A stretch of DNA of 64,000 bases from Thermoplasmatales archaeon (GCA_027310185.1 DAIDBH010000013.1:1-64000); one strand, 5' to 3'. Numbered from the stretch's first letter, positions 30,001-39,502 are shown. Made by a program: numbers and translations. The notes: a model not told the origin generated them from the letters alone.

Positions 30001-30061
30001 TGCCCAGTATTATAGCTGCCACTATTATAACAGCTATGAATTTGGCGTTTATTTCAGGCAT
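27017..30061 (-). CDS. Large secreted or surface protein with tandem carboxypeptidase-regulatory-like beta-sandwich domains
   Basis: N-terminal TM/signal; repeated [L/V/I]xG.V....G.P modules; very Asn/Tyr/Thr-rich with many N-glycosylation sequons. Confidence 0.8.
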   Translation of the reverse strand: MPEINAKFIAVIIVAAIILGTGLSLFHETYNAKPYEKIKIPHIFQNEEKMLAFSTKGSSMSPVQNGTIQLHGYVKSKSGTPVTGRISIYDFPWVVYAQLNSRGYYSVTMLQYGSFTIGFKVSGYNTGFSKFTILSGNSQWANVTLQKATFYDVSGKTLNITGMNVPNVNLSFVSFFGFYNSSSNSNAIYHTTLQNGTYAALTIKRNYNETPKPLFFNVTGKQITNLNFKMKNLKNVTYLISGYIRNKLNQPVSGIDISSVLLSQNSTIGTFFSTPPFFASTVTNISGYYQVPAPVGFDYVYVSTNYEFLDNHSSIFYLNHSISNVDISVQARDPFVPTKVTFDRNTGITPIPSFMVSNVSRYLKGSLSDVSYNLAFSNFNKGFIKNKNITIQLNNVFYPNSPQNRTLLHSLSVMIMGNFEGTIYYTQTNISRNGVATFPAYYFGSYDLVVYAPGFQYSTVSISIKNESGQAVTPDISLKPLPGQFFEISGFTFNLVNQQKLLYPDITMYENGLLVNSSIEQSSVGSFKFYYFIDTHQNYEINLTVNVTQAGFYNSSKSFGIKSQSGQKNLTSNQIGSRPLQAIGKGFTESFLRVPGYNKTHLEGILHRSVSSNIYNKGHQVINVKVSNFARNKGNEFILYSYINGIVYSKKVYINNTMTPSFSVNTSFSLSMNISVIGQYYKTLNNQVLDGTGVTVNAFMDYRKTSNVNISLINMLNYTVNRNFGKKYGREFNEQLPVSNLFLNNSTSSIGLIKTRISEQFNGTFVTYGLPYGSYNFTYKGTDYVSARLSFTHENSTGQFRHLNVSTYGLVIPVESRVKLSYNLTEPLFNNYIVMQGSYIPDSNGTGLYLYVIKNKTGINMDYHISVEGSNFKSNNFSLNFRTPYNIQYINVTNTMEKTVFNETGSRLANKTYLWNNSVYLGSISGIIKNVTVKLKNQTDYYMQDYSRLEIDGKNVSILSRRNYAFDNLSYSYNGGAKLGVDIYLGGSTYSFYTYFYVYIGVLNVNYANMNGEE

Positions 30062-30348
30062 TAATATGCATAAAGTTCGTATCTTAATTAAGTTTTTGGA
30101 ACGATGAAAGACACTTATTTTTATCTACATATATATTTATTTAATTACAACTTTCTTCAGTCAGACATAACAATTCTATTTACATTTCTAACTTATCTGT
30201 TTCCCCTGCTGAGTCTGAATCTATATAATGGTGAAATCAATATTTATTTCCTGCTCATAAGTATTATACTTGAGATTTTTATGGCATTAGTCAGCCATAT
30301 ATATTTGAAAATTGCAAATCTATTGCGCAAACTATTTTTGATCTTTTA

Positions 30349-31239
30349 TTATTCACCAGATTGTAGATGAGGCATTTTGTCTCTAAGTGCGATTATAGTT
30401 GTTAACAGACCGCTTCCAATTAGGAATGACCCACCTGTAAGAGTAAAGGTATTGGGTACTTGTTTCAGGAATGCCAGTGCAAATATGATTGCAAAGACAG
30501 GATCGAGATAACTCAGGATAGATACTATCTGAACATTAAGGTTCTTCATAGAATCATACCAGAGGAATAGGGCCAGAACTGTTTGAACGAGAGCCGAGAA
30601 TATGGCTATATATGCGTCATTAACGCTGAATGAGAATTTTATAATTAAAATAAAGGGAAATAGGACCAATGATGAAATTAAGACCTGGAAGAATACAAGG
30701 TTTATTGGATTTACATATCTGGATGAATGTTTACTAACTATTGAGAGTAAGCCATAAGTTATTCCTGAAAGTACTGCTGAAAGTAGTCCTAAAGGATTGA
30801 GATAAAGAGTGCCCACTGACATAATCAATATTCCAGAGAATGACAAAAGTATGTTTATCAGGCTGAAGGTGCTGATTCTTTCCTTGACAAGAGGTGATAG
30901 TAATATGGCAATAACGGGACCGGAGTAATAGAATATTATGGCCTCTGAGACTGGAATAAGATTCACCGCATAAAAGAGGAAAACCCAATTTGCAGCAAGT
31001 AATAGTCCAGATAGAATGATGAATGGATCGGAGAGAAAATTATAGGTTGATCTGAGTTCTTTCCTTAAAAGGAAATAGAGCACAGCTGATGAAATTACAA
31101 CACGGAAAAAAACAAAAATTGGAGATGGAAGATATGACCATACGGCCAATACAGGGATAGAACCCCAGATTACGGTAGACAGTACAATTTCAGAAAGCCC
31201 CTTCTCTTTTTTTGAAAAATCGATCGAACCACCTTTCAA
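30349..31239 (-). CDS. DMT/EamA family transporter
   Basis: 10 TM pattern; IWGSIP, F.RV, LSYLDPVFAI. Confidence 0.88.
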   Translation of the reverse strand: MKGGSIDFSKKEKGLSEIVLSTVIWGSIPVLAVWSYLPSPIFVFFRVVISSAVLYFLLRKELRSTYNFLSDPFIILSGLLLAANWVFLFYAVNLIPVSEAIIFYYSGPVIAILLSPLVKERISTFSLINILLSFSGILIMSVGTLYLNPLGLLSAVLSGITYGLLSIVSKHSSRYVNPINLVFFQVLISSLVLFPFILIIKFSFSVNDAYIAIFSALVQTVLALFLWYDSMKNLNVQIVSILSYLDPVFAIIFALAFLKQVPNTFTLTGGSFLIGSGLLTTIIALRDKMPHLQSGE

Positions 31240-31323
31240 CTGTTATTAACTCAATAGAGTTAAATATTTAGTTCCGGGAATTTTCTTCTTTTATTAATTC
31301 CTTACAATCACCACGTATCAAAT

Positions 31324-32904
31324 TTAATTTCTTACCTTTACAGCCACGCCTTTATTTGTATTTATCATAACTTCTTGGCTCATTTTTGCAATACCGGTAC
31401 CTCTCACTGAACCATTGTGATGGATAACAACCTCATCCTCCTGTCTCACATCCTGTGTGCAATTCTTCACTCCCATTGCATAAATGCTTGCAGTAGGCTT
31501 GAAGTCGTCAATTTCCACAAGGAATCTTCCCTCTTTGATGAATAATTCTGATGCATTCTTATGTATTGTAAGCTTCCCCAGTTTTTCGTTGTATACAAAA
31601 AATGGCCTGTTTCCATCTACCAGCATGAACTGGTTGAACATCCTGTTGATCCTCAGACCATCTACAAATGGCTCTATCCAGTCACCAAACTGGTATCTTG
31701 CTATTGAAACCAGTTTTTCCTTCATGAAATCCCTTCTAACTCCTGAATTCTCACCTGCACGAATTTGAGATATTCTCTCCTTGAGCTGGTCAAACTGGTT
31801 ATCCGCACCCTTTTTCCACAGAATGAAATCATCACCAAGATTCAATCTTTCCTTTACGAACAGCATATCCTCAGGAAGGAAGAAAATTGTATTTCTATAT
31901 TGATTCTTAGATATGAATGACTTGATTGAGTTGATAATATTCTCCTTTTCTTCCAAGAACCAGTTGCCTGTTACCGGAATATCGTAGAATCCGGCAGGAT
32001 ATGTTTCTTCCAGTTCCCGTGGAACAAGGGTTATGGGAGAGGTAACAATCACTTCGTTAATATGCTTCCTGAGCGATCCAAGTGCCTCAAATATTTCCCT
32101 GTGTGATTTAGAAGTTGAATATGGTTTCCTGGCAGAGCACGGAAGGAAAAGGACGGTTTCCAGATTGTTTGGTTTCCTGTATTCCTCCAGTACGTACCTG
32201 TTGAATCTTGCGATGTCTGGTCTGTTAAGAGATTCCAATCCACCTGCTATAACTGATGCCGTGGTTCTTGGATAAACTTTCTCAAATTCTGTTGATTTTT
32301 CATCGACCAGCATCCTCATTATCTCCCTTGCCTTGGAACTTATATTCCACCTTTCCACCATTTCCATCAGCGTCATTGATTCGACACCCTTTCTCAGTAG
32401 GTATACTAGATCTTGAAGGAATTCTCCGTTTGCATTACTGCTGTCGTTCCCATTGCGGAGTCTTCCCATCATTGTATATAGTGTTCCATGTGAACCTTCA
32501 ATCTCTGCGTTGATATTGTCAAACAGATCTATTCCGAGCATGAAGAGTTGTGGGAGTAGGTAAGGATCTGAGATCCCGGGAATGTATAGAAGTTTGTCAT
32601 ATCCTACATTCTTCTTTAGTTCCAGTATGAGGTTAACTGTCTGCCTGCTTCTCTTGAGAAAGAATGGATTAATCAGTGGTATCACAAAGTTTTCTGTTTC
32701 GGCGATAATTATATTTTTTTTTCCAATGTTTATGACTCTTTTTGTTGCCTTCTCCCCCATTAAAGAGATTTGGTCTTCATTTATCTGTATTGTGTCATTT
32801 CCAATGACTAATGGAAATTCAACCTCTTTACCCTTTATATCAACGGAACCACATCTTGAATATGCAAAGAATGACTGAGACTTTATCACTGAAGGTGATG
32901 ACAT
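31324..32904 (-). CDS. arcS: Archaeosine synthase subunit alpha
   Basis: Degenerate TGT-like N-terminus (GIDLFD), LPCSARKPYSTSKSH, VPRELEETYPA..YDIPVTG.W, C-terminal PUA domain. Confidence 0.9.
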   Translation of the reverse strand: MSSPSVIKSQSFFAYSRCGSVDIKGKEVEFPLVIGNDTIQINEDQISLMGEKATKRVINIGKKNIIIAETENFVIPLINPFFLKRSRQTVNLILELKKNVGYDKLLYIPGISDPYLLPQLFMLGIDLFDNINAEIEGSHGTLYTMMGRLRNGNDSSNANGEFLQDLVYLLRKGVESMTLMEMVERWNISSKAREIMRMLVDEKSTEFEKVYPRTTASVIAGGLESLNRPDIARFNRYVLEEYRKPNNLETVLFLPCSARKPYSTSKSHREIFEALGSLRKHINEVIVTSPITLVPRELEETYPAGFYDIPVTGNWFLEEKENIINSIKSFISKNQYRNTIFFLPEDMLFVKERLNLGDDFILWKKGADNQFDQLKERISQIRAGENSGVRRDFMKEKLVSIARYQFGDWIEPFVDGLRINRMFNQFMLVDGNRPFFVYNEKLGKLTIHKNASELFIKEGRFLVEIDDFKPTASIYAMGVKNCTQDVRQEDEVVIHHNGSVRGTGIAKMSQEVMINTNKGVAVKVRN

Positions 32905-33003
32905 GCATTTAAAAAAGAGTTGCCATAATTCCAGATCAAAATGTATGTGGCTTCCATTGAATAACCCGGAATATCTATAAATATAAGGGTAGAATGTTAG
33001 ATT

Positions 33004-34083
33004 ATGGGCGTAAGCGATATTTTTAATTTTGCCAGGGAAAGCGAGGCCATTCTGATCATTAATGGCGGAGAAAATTCTCTTGATAAGACATTCCAGTACA
33101 TAACTAAGGCACCTGGAGGAGTATTTGAGGGATCGTTCATTGTTGCAAGGCCTGAGGGATCAACCATTTATACTTCTATCCTTGAGGAGGAAACAGCCAA
33201 AAGGACGGGTCTGGAAGTTAAGATATTCAAGACTCGACAGGAATATGAAACGATGATGAGAGATGGACTAAAGAAATATAACACTGTTGGACTGAACTAT
33301 GCATCTCTATCGCTTGAAAATTATAAGAATTTACTCAGGATCATTCCTGATAAGGACTTTGTTGATGTTTCAGTTTCCATAAAGGAGGCAAGAATCATAA
33401 AGGACAGTGTTGAAATTAATTACCTGAAGGAAGCAGCAAAGATTGCCAGTGATTCCATCGATGCAGTCCACCTTTCCCTTAAGGAAGGGATGACAGAGAA
33501 GGAGGTGGCAGCAAGAGTGGTATATGAAATGATGAAGAATGGTGCAGATGGACCATCCTTTTCCACAATAGTTGCCTTCGGAGAAAATGCTTCACAACCA
33601 CATTATTCTCCAGGACTGAGGAAACTGAAAAAAGGAGATGGAGTACTGATAGATTACGGCGCATTATACAACGATTACTGTTCTGATATAACCAGAACAG
33701 TCTGTTTTGGAAGAGCCTCTGAAGAGCTGAAAGAGGTGTATGAAGTTGTTTACAGAGCCCAGTCTGAATCAATGAAGCTAATCAGGGCAGATGCCAACGG
33801 TAAGGATGTGGATATAAAGGCCAGGAACGTGATTGATTCGACAAAATACAAGGGGCGCTTCATTCATTCACTTGGTCATGGGATTGGGCTGGATGTTCAT
33901 GATCACAGTGCTCTTTCCTATACTCTGGACTTTCCACTCAAGGAAAATATGGCCATAACGAATGAACCTGGAATTTATCTTCCAGGTAAACTCGGAGTCA
34001 GAATAGAGGATGATGTCATAGTGAAGAAGGACGGTTGTGAGGTTATCTCACATGGAGCAACAAAGGAACTGAAGGAGCTATGA
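33004..34083 (+). CDS. Xaa-Pro aminopeptidase/prolidase (M24B)
   Basis: IDYG..YNDYCSDITRT, HSLGHGIGLDVH, EPGIY..G..GVRIEDD. Confidence 0.92.
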   Translation: MGVSDIFNFARESEAILIINGGENSLDKTFQYITKAPGGVFEGSFIVARPEGSTIYTSILEEETAKRTGLEVKIFKTRQEYETMMRDGLKKYNTVGLNYASLSLENYKNLLRIIPDKDFVDVSVSIKEARIIKDSVEINYLKEAAKIASDSIDAVHLSLKEGMTEKEVAARVVYEMMKNGADGPSFSTIVAFGENASQPHYSPGLRKLKKGDGVLIDYGALYNDYCSDITRTVCFGRASEELKEVYEVVYRAQSESMKLIRADANGKDVDIKARNVIDSTKYKGRFIHSLGHGIGLDVHDHSALSYTLDFPLKENMAITNEPGIYLPGKLGVRIEDDVIVKKDGCEVISHGATKELKEL

Positions 34084-35630
34084 GAACAAGACCAGATATA
34101 ATGTCTCTCAGTGCCATGGTGTCCACGTCAAGCATTCATGCCTCGAGAACCGGTATAAAGGTGCTTGAGGATGGAGGCAATATAGCTGATGCTGCCATAG
34201 CAACAAGTGCTGTTCTTGCCGTGACTCAGAATAATCTTTGTGGGCTTGGAGGGGATGGATTCGCACTGTTAAGAATGAATGGAAAGATCATTTCGATTAA
34301 CAGCAGTGGTAAATCGTCAAGAAATATAGATACTGAAGCATATGTTAAGAAAGGCATGAACTCTATTCCATATATGGGCCCAATGGCTGCAATCACTGTA
34401 CCTGGTCTTGTGGGTCTCTGGGAAGAACTAGAAAAGCATACTTCAATGGATATCAAGGAATTGCTCAAATATGCCATTAAGGTAGCCAGAGAGGGATTTC
34501 CTGTAACACATAATTATGCACGATCAATTGAAGTCACCCTCAAGAGGACCAAGGACAGGAATTTCAGGGAGACATTTTCCGGCAACGGTCTTCCTCCACT
34601 GCAGGGTGATGTCTTCTTCCAGGAGGATCTTGCAACAACAATTGAATCACTGTCCAATGATGGACTGGATTCTTTTTACAGGGGGAATTTTGCTGATAAA
34701 CTTACAAAGGCTTTTAAGAAAAGTGAAGTAGTTATAGATGAATATGATCTTTCAAAACACAGAGCTATTGTTCAGGAACCACTCAAATCAATGTATGAAG
34801 ACAGGGTTGTTTATGAATTGCCACCAAACAGTCAGGGAGCCACAGTAAATTTCAACCTCAATTCTTTAAAATTCATGGGGGATGATGATCTATCCAATGA
34901 AGAAAAGATAATGAAAAGCCACCTGATAGCAAATAGATTCAGGAGGACTTACATTGGAGATCCAGAAAAGATGCCACTTCCTTCCAGTTACCTGGATGAA
35001 TCTTTCTACTGGAAAGTTGTGGATAGCCAGGGAGGTAATAATCCAGCATCAGGAAAGGATGGCGATACTACCTATTTCACCATAGCAAACACAGAGGGAG
35101 ATGCGATATCGATGATTCAGAGCAATTATACAGGCTTTGGATCTACCGTTGTTCCCGAGGGAACTGGCTTCTCCATGCAGAACAGGGGATCTTATTTTTC
35201 ACTTGATCCAGCTCACCACAATTTCCTTCAGCCTGAGAAGAGAACATTCCACACACTATGTGCAGGGATGATTGAAAGAAATGGTGAATTTGAATATTCT
35301 ATAGGCACAATGGGAGGTGACATACAGCCCCAGGTTCACGTCAACAAGATCCACGAAATGATAGATCTAGGGTTGACCCCACAGGAAGCAATCGACCTGC
35401 CAAGAATAAATATACCTGCAAACATATACGAAGAACCGGATCTACTAATATTTGAGGAAGGCGCATCATTCAGTTATGATCTGTCAAAATATTTCAAGAG
35501 GATGAGACAGACCCCCTATCTGGACAGTTCCCATGGGCATTGCCAGATAATAAAGAGAGGGGAGAATGGAGTTTTATTCGGAGGCGCAGATCCCAGAGGT
35601 GATGGCTTTGCACTATCACCATTATTTTAA
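34080..35630 (+). CDS. ggt: Gamma-glutamyltransferase family protein
   Basis: GGNIADAAIA, GLGGD, PPNSQG, catalytic GDTTYF, GTMGGDIQPQ, GGADPRGDG. Confidence 0.92.
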   Translation: MRTRPDIMSLSAMVSTSSIHASRTGIKVLEDGGNIADAAIATSAVLAVTQNNLCGLGGDGFALLRMNGKIISINSSGKSSRNIDTEAYVKKGMNSIPYMGPMAAITVPGLVGLWEELEKHTSMDIKELLKYAIKVAREGFPVTHNYARSIEVTLKRTKDRNFRETFSGNGLPPLQGDVFFQEDLATTIESLSNDGLDSFYRGNFADKLTKAFKKSEVVIDEYDLSKHRAIVQEPLKSMYEDRVVYELPPNSQGATVNFNLNSLKFMGDDDLSNEEKIMKSHLIANRFRRTYIGDPEKMPLPSSYLDESFYWKVVDSQGGNNPASGKDGDTTYFTIANTEGDAISMIQSNYTGFGSTVVPEGTGFSMQNRGSYFSLDPAHHNFLQPEKRTFHTLCAGMIERNGEFEYSIGTMGGDIQPQVHVNKIHEMIDLGLTPQEAIDLPRINIPANIYEEPDLLIFEEGASFSYDLSKYFKRMRQTPYLDSSHGHCQIIKRGENGVLFGGADPRGDGFALSPLF

Positions 35631-35786
35631 ATTACCGAAATAATGATTGCTTTGAATGATATTGACCTGGCATCTTTTAAACGCTGAAAAATAGAAAATA
35701 GTTAAGGACAGGGTAAAAGATTTCCCATAAAACATGGAGATACCTTTTCAATAAGATTAAATCCCATTTTTAACTTAAGTATATCT

Positions 35787-36773
35787 ATGCTGGACTCGGA
35801 AGACATTTCATACAAAGAAGTGAATGGGATGATCAACGAGTTCAATGATCGGAACGCTGAGTATGTTGACATTGTCCTCAGGATTTTAGACAACATTGAT
35901 GAACAGTTAAAATCAAAGAACTTTAAGGTCAGAGGATTGGAATGGAATAAATACAGCGACTGGAAATTACTGCTGCCATTTATCATGAAGGCCATAGATT
36001 ACCCTGTCTTTTCAAACAGGTTCATAAACTCATGCAGGGTGTCTTATGAAGATTATCTTGATTCCATGGAAAACAGTGAAATAGAGTCAAAATCTGCTGA
36101 ATTTGGCATATTTATCACCTATGATAGGGAGATCAATCAGTTCAAGGTACCAATATTTGAGTTCACAAAGTACTGTTCAAAAATCTCTGGGTTTGAATAC
36201 AGGCTGACCTTCCAGTCCTTTTATGGCGGTGATGTAATAATCGGCAAAAATGCTGTTATTAAAATGCTGAGGGAGTACTTCGCAGTTCAGCTAAGAGAGG
36301 AAACTTCAGGGATAGATTCAGATAGGGCAAGACAGATACTTTCCCCATTCAGTGATAGAATAGAGAAAATAAGGGCAGTTCTTCAGGAACAGAGCAAGAC
36401 TACGGATCTCGGAAGTATTGACTCATCTTGCTTCCCACCCTGTATCATTCACTTTATGAATGATATTAGAGGCGGTGTTAATTTGCCACATCTTGCAAGA
36501 TTCACAGTGGTTTCATTTCTGAACAACATTGGCATGAATGAACAGGGAATCATTGAATCATTTGGTACCGTCCCTGATTTTAGCAAAAAAGTTACAGAGT
36601 ATCAGGTCAGACACATAATTGGAGAAATATCCGGTACCAAATATTCTCCACCTAAATGTGTTACACTTAGGTCAAATCACCTGTGTTACTGGGATGATGA
36701 TGAGTTATGCCATAAAGAATTCATGACCCATCCGCTTACCTATTACAAAATGAAGAAAAAAGCTAAGAAATAG
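35787..36773 (+). CDS. priL: DNA primase large subunit
   Basis: FPPCI, NLPHLARF, PDF....TEYQVRHI.G, YSPPKC..L....LC...C Fe-S ligands. Confidence 0.92.
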   Translation: MLDSEDISYKEVNGMINEFNDRNAEYVDIVLRILDNIDEQLKSKNFKVRGLEWNKYSDWKLLLPFIMKAIDYPVFSNRFINSCRVSYEDYLDSMENSEIESKSAEFGIFITYDREINQFKVPIFEFTKYCSKISGFEYRLTFQSFYGGDVIIGKNAVIKMLREYFAVQLREETSGIDSDRARQILSPFSDRIEKIRAVLQEQSKTTDLGSIDSSCFPPCIIHFMNDIRGGVNLPHLARFTVVSFLNNIGMNEQGIIESFGTVPDFSKKVTEYQVRHIIGEISGTKYSPPKCVTLRSNHLCYWDDDELCHKEFMTHPLTYYKMKKKAKK

Positions 36774-36774
36774 A

Positions 36775-37026
36775 TTAGAGCTTTCTCTCTATCATCTTGA
36801 TAACGGTTCCTTTTTTGAGGTTGCTTTCGATGCTGTATATATTGCATTTTTCATAGGGTACCCTTGGGTAGTAACCCTCCCTGATTTCATAATCAATACG
36901 GAGTGCTTTAAGAATATCCTGTAACTTCTGGTCAGAAAATTTTTTTGCGGCTTCAACAGGTATCTTCCTGCCAAGCCTTCTACTGTTTTTTGGATTAAAA
37001 TATTGAGAGTATAATGTTACTTTCAT
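36775..37026 (-). CDS. srp19: Signal recognition particle 19 kDa protein
   Basis: LY..YF....SRRLGRKIP, YPR, K..VIK.I; coupled to rps8e. Confidence 0.88.
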   Translation of the reverse strand: MKVTLYSQYFNPKNSRRLGRKIPVEAAKKFSDQKLQDILKALRIDYEIREGYYPRVPYEKCNIYSIESNLKKGTVIKMIERKL

Positions 37027-37400
37027 AGAAGAACAGCGTTAATTACTCCGTCCTGTCCCGGTCTTGAAGTAATCCTTGCTTCGCCTATTTCCGTTACGAT
37101 AATGGTACCTTTGTTCATCAGGTTCCTCTGCACATAGTGTGGGTTTGCAGGATTCGCTTTCACTGTCTTGATCTGTGACTTTGTTGTTTTCTTCTGTTTT
37201 GAATCATATACGTTTGCAAAGTTATCATTCAATAGGGTTGCCTTCAGATTTCCTCCCCTTATCCTGAGAACTTTTCTCTGTGTTGGATTTACTCTCGTAA
37301 ATGTAGGTTCCCTACCTATTTCTGATCTCCTCTTTGCCCTGTATTGTTTGTATCTTCCACCTGTAAATTTTTTAGATGATCTTCCTTGAAATCGACCCAA
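37023..37400 (-). CDS. rps8e: 30S ribosomal protein S8e
   Basis: GRS.KK.TGG, R.RGGN.K, NPANPHYV.RN...KG, TSRPGQDGVINAVL; TTG start preceded by AGGTGG. Confidence 0.97.
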   Translation of the reverse strand: MGRFQGRSSKKFTGGRYKQYRAKRRSEIGREPTFTRVNPTQRKVLRIRGGNLKATLLNDNFANVYDSKQKKTTKSQIKTVKANPANPHYVQRNLMNKGTIIVTEIGEARITSRPGQDGVINAVLL

Positions 37401-37537
37401 TGTTCCACCTTTTTTTCCACATAGCTAAAAGGTTTTAAAGTTTTTCTATTTAAACTTGGTATGTTCAGGCTATAACAAAAGGAATAATGATCAACCCCAA
37501 ACTATGGAAAAGCAGAGAAAATAAGAATATTATTCGT

Positions 37538-38848
37538 TCAGGTAAGAGATTTTCCCCTTGTTTCAGGAGCCAGAACCATTGTGAAGCCGAATCCTATTAT
37601 CTCGAATATTGCAAAGAAAAGAAGACCATAGGTTATGTTCAACCCACTTATGAGAATCGGAAACGCGAACACTCCGAGAATGGCCCCTAATCTTGAAGCG
37701 GCGGTTGATACTCCCATAGCTGTACCCCTTATCCTTGTTGGAAATATTTCTGCTGGATACAGATAGGTTATGTTTGTTGGTCCTGTGTTATGGAAGAAAT
37801 GCATCAGTGCAAATGCAGAGAAGATCATTATGAATGGAAGCACAGAGTGGAATGATATGATGCCAAATGCAATTAGAGATATTCCAGCAAGCAGAAATCC
37901 TGTGGACTCAAGCTTCTTTCTTCCCACCTTGTCTATCGCTAGAAGGCAGACAATTGTTCCCGCAAACACTGGAATCTCTTCTAGCAGTGTTGAAATAATG
38001 GTTGCTACGTAGGATGATCCTTCCTGGATGAAAAGCGAAGGTGTGTAATTCCAGACACCGTAACTTGCAACATCGTAACAGAACCATGCTACAGAAGTGA
38101 ACAGTATCAGGCGATAAACTCCATTCCTTCCCCTCATTTCTGATTGTCCTTTTTGTACTTCTGGTGGCGAAACTCTTTCCTTTGTACTCAGCGACTTGAC
38201 CTCATTCACCACAGTTTCCGCTTCTTTCTCAGAACCATTCAGCATTAACCAATACGGGCTTTCCGGAATATTTCTCCTTGAGATAATTACAATCAATGGA
38301 ATAATCGCTCCTGTAATGTACATAATTCTCCATGAAATATCTCCAAAATTCAGTACTATGGGTATGGAGATGACATAGAAAGCAATGGAACCAAATGTCC
38401 AGGAGAATATATTGAAGACCAGCAACCTTCCTCTTGTTTTCTTTGGGGAAAACTCAGCCTGAATGGATGAACTTATGGGATAATCTGCACCGATTCCCAA
38501 ACCTGCAAGGATTTGAAATGCTACAAATTCTATGAAATTATGTGAAAGACCTGTAAGTATGAGAAAAACTGCCGTGATTAGTAAATCGTACACATAGATT
38601 CTCTTCCTGCCAAGCAGGTCCGATAGCCTTCCAAGAATTATGCTTCCAAAGAACATTCCTATGTAAATAGATGAGGCTGCTATGGATGTAATTATAGCAA
38701 TGCTCAGGAAGCTGTATTTAAGATAAATATATGCACTAGAAAATATGGATAATGCATATCCGTCCATGAATACGCCCATTGATGAGAGGATTGTTATAAC
38801 CCATATTTTCCTTGAAAGAACTACATTTTCAAAGTCGATGTTTTCCAA
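37538..38848 (-). CDS. MFS transporter (sugar porter-like)
   Basis: DGY, G.LSDLLGRK, GIGADYP, AEFSP...RG, PESP.W, DKVGRK, AEIFPT.IRG, PETRGKSL. Confidence 0.92.
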   Translation of the reverse strand: MENIDFENVVLSRKIWVITILSSMGVFMDGYALSIFSSAYIYLKYSFLSIAIITSIAASSIYIGMFFGSIILGRLSDLLGRKRIYVYDLLITAVFLILTGLSHNFIEFVAFQILAGLGIGADYPISSSIQAEFSPKKTRGRLLVFNIFSWTFGSIAFYVISIPIVLNFGDISWRIMYITGAIIPLIVIISRRNIPESPYWLMLNGSEKEAETVVNEVKSLSTKERVSPPEVQKGQSEMRGRNGVYRLILFTSVAWFCYDVASYGVWNYTPSLFIQEGSSYVATIISTLLEEIPVFAGTIVCLLAIDKVGRKKLESTGFLLAGISLIAFGIISFHSVLPFIMIFSAFALMHFFHNTGPTNITYLYPAEIFPTRIRGTAMGVSTAASRLGAILGVFAFPILISGLNITYGLLFFAIFEIIGFGFTMVLAPETRGKSLT

Positions 38849-38888
38849 TGGGTGGTCATTGCAAAATGATAATTAAACTTCTTTACCT

Positions 38889-39269
38889 CATCTTCTTTTG
38901 ATTATATTTTCAAGATTTTCTAAAATGAAATTCAATGGTGGCATAGCCCCAAATTTCTTTGTTCTCAACTTGACCATATAATTTTTCAAGGTCGGCACCT
39001 GTCTTGTTAATTTCATTTTTAATCCTGCCTTGTCCATGTTCATTACATGACATGGTATTGCCACGTAGTCTCCCTTATCAAAATAGTCTAAGGCATTATC
39101 AGGTGTGACTCTATGCTTTTAAAACCTTCTCCGGATTATGTGCCATAAATCCATCCATCTGTTTTTTAGCATTCTCCAACTCCTGCTCAATCTGGTCTTT
39201 AAATGCCTGTCTTACCTCGCTAAATTTGTATTCAGACAGAAACTCCTCCTCTTTAAGAAGTTTATTCAT
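38889..39269 (-). pseudogene. Possible frameshifted gene remnant downstream of tRNA-His
   Basis: An ATG at 39269 gives 52 aa (MNKLLKEEEF...KVLKA*). Open stretches continue in shifted frames (KHRVTPDNALDYFDKGDYVAIPC...; MSCNEHGQGRIKNE...IWGYATIEFHFRKS). Family not recognised. Confidence 0.3.
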
Positions 39270-39331
39270 TTCCTTTGCTTTATGTATTAAAAGTTTAAAT
39301 GTTGTCTTACGGTATTGAACTTTTTGCAAAG

Positions 39332-39404
39332 GGCCGGGTCCGGGAATTGAACCCGGGTCCGGGGATCCACAGTCCCCAAGGATATCCCCTACCCCAACCC
39401 GGCC
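39332..39404 (-). tRNA. tRNA-His (GUG) with encoded G-1
   Basis: G-GCCGGGT...GGGAC-TGTGGA-TCCC...GGTTCAATTCC...ACCCGGC-C; cloverleaf stems pair; CCA not encoded. Confidence 0.95.
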
Positions 39405-39502
39405 ATGTAACACTGTAATTCTTTAAGATATTTTAATCATTCTCAGCGGATCCACTTAAAATGCAGAAAAGACATATTTAAAATGTAACCATATGGGTAT
39501 TA

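Noticed and set aside
30104-30370. 88-aa hydrophobic ORF
   Set aside because: AT-rich intergenic sequence with L/F/I/Y bias covering the probable promoter of the MoxR operon; likely spurious.
35640-35690. Possible box C/D sRNA (ATGAT...CTGA) between ggt and priL
   Set aside because: No canonical RTGATGA box and no convincing internal D'/C' boxes or guide match.
39111-39413. 100-aa ORF in the track
   Set aside because: Its 5' half is the tRNA-His gene read as protein; only the part from ATG 39269 could be coding.
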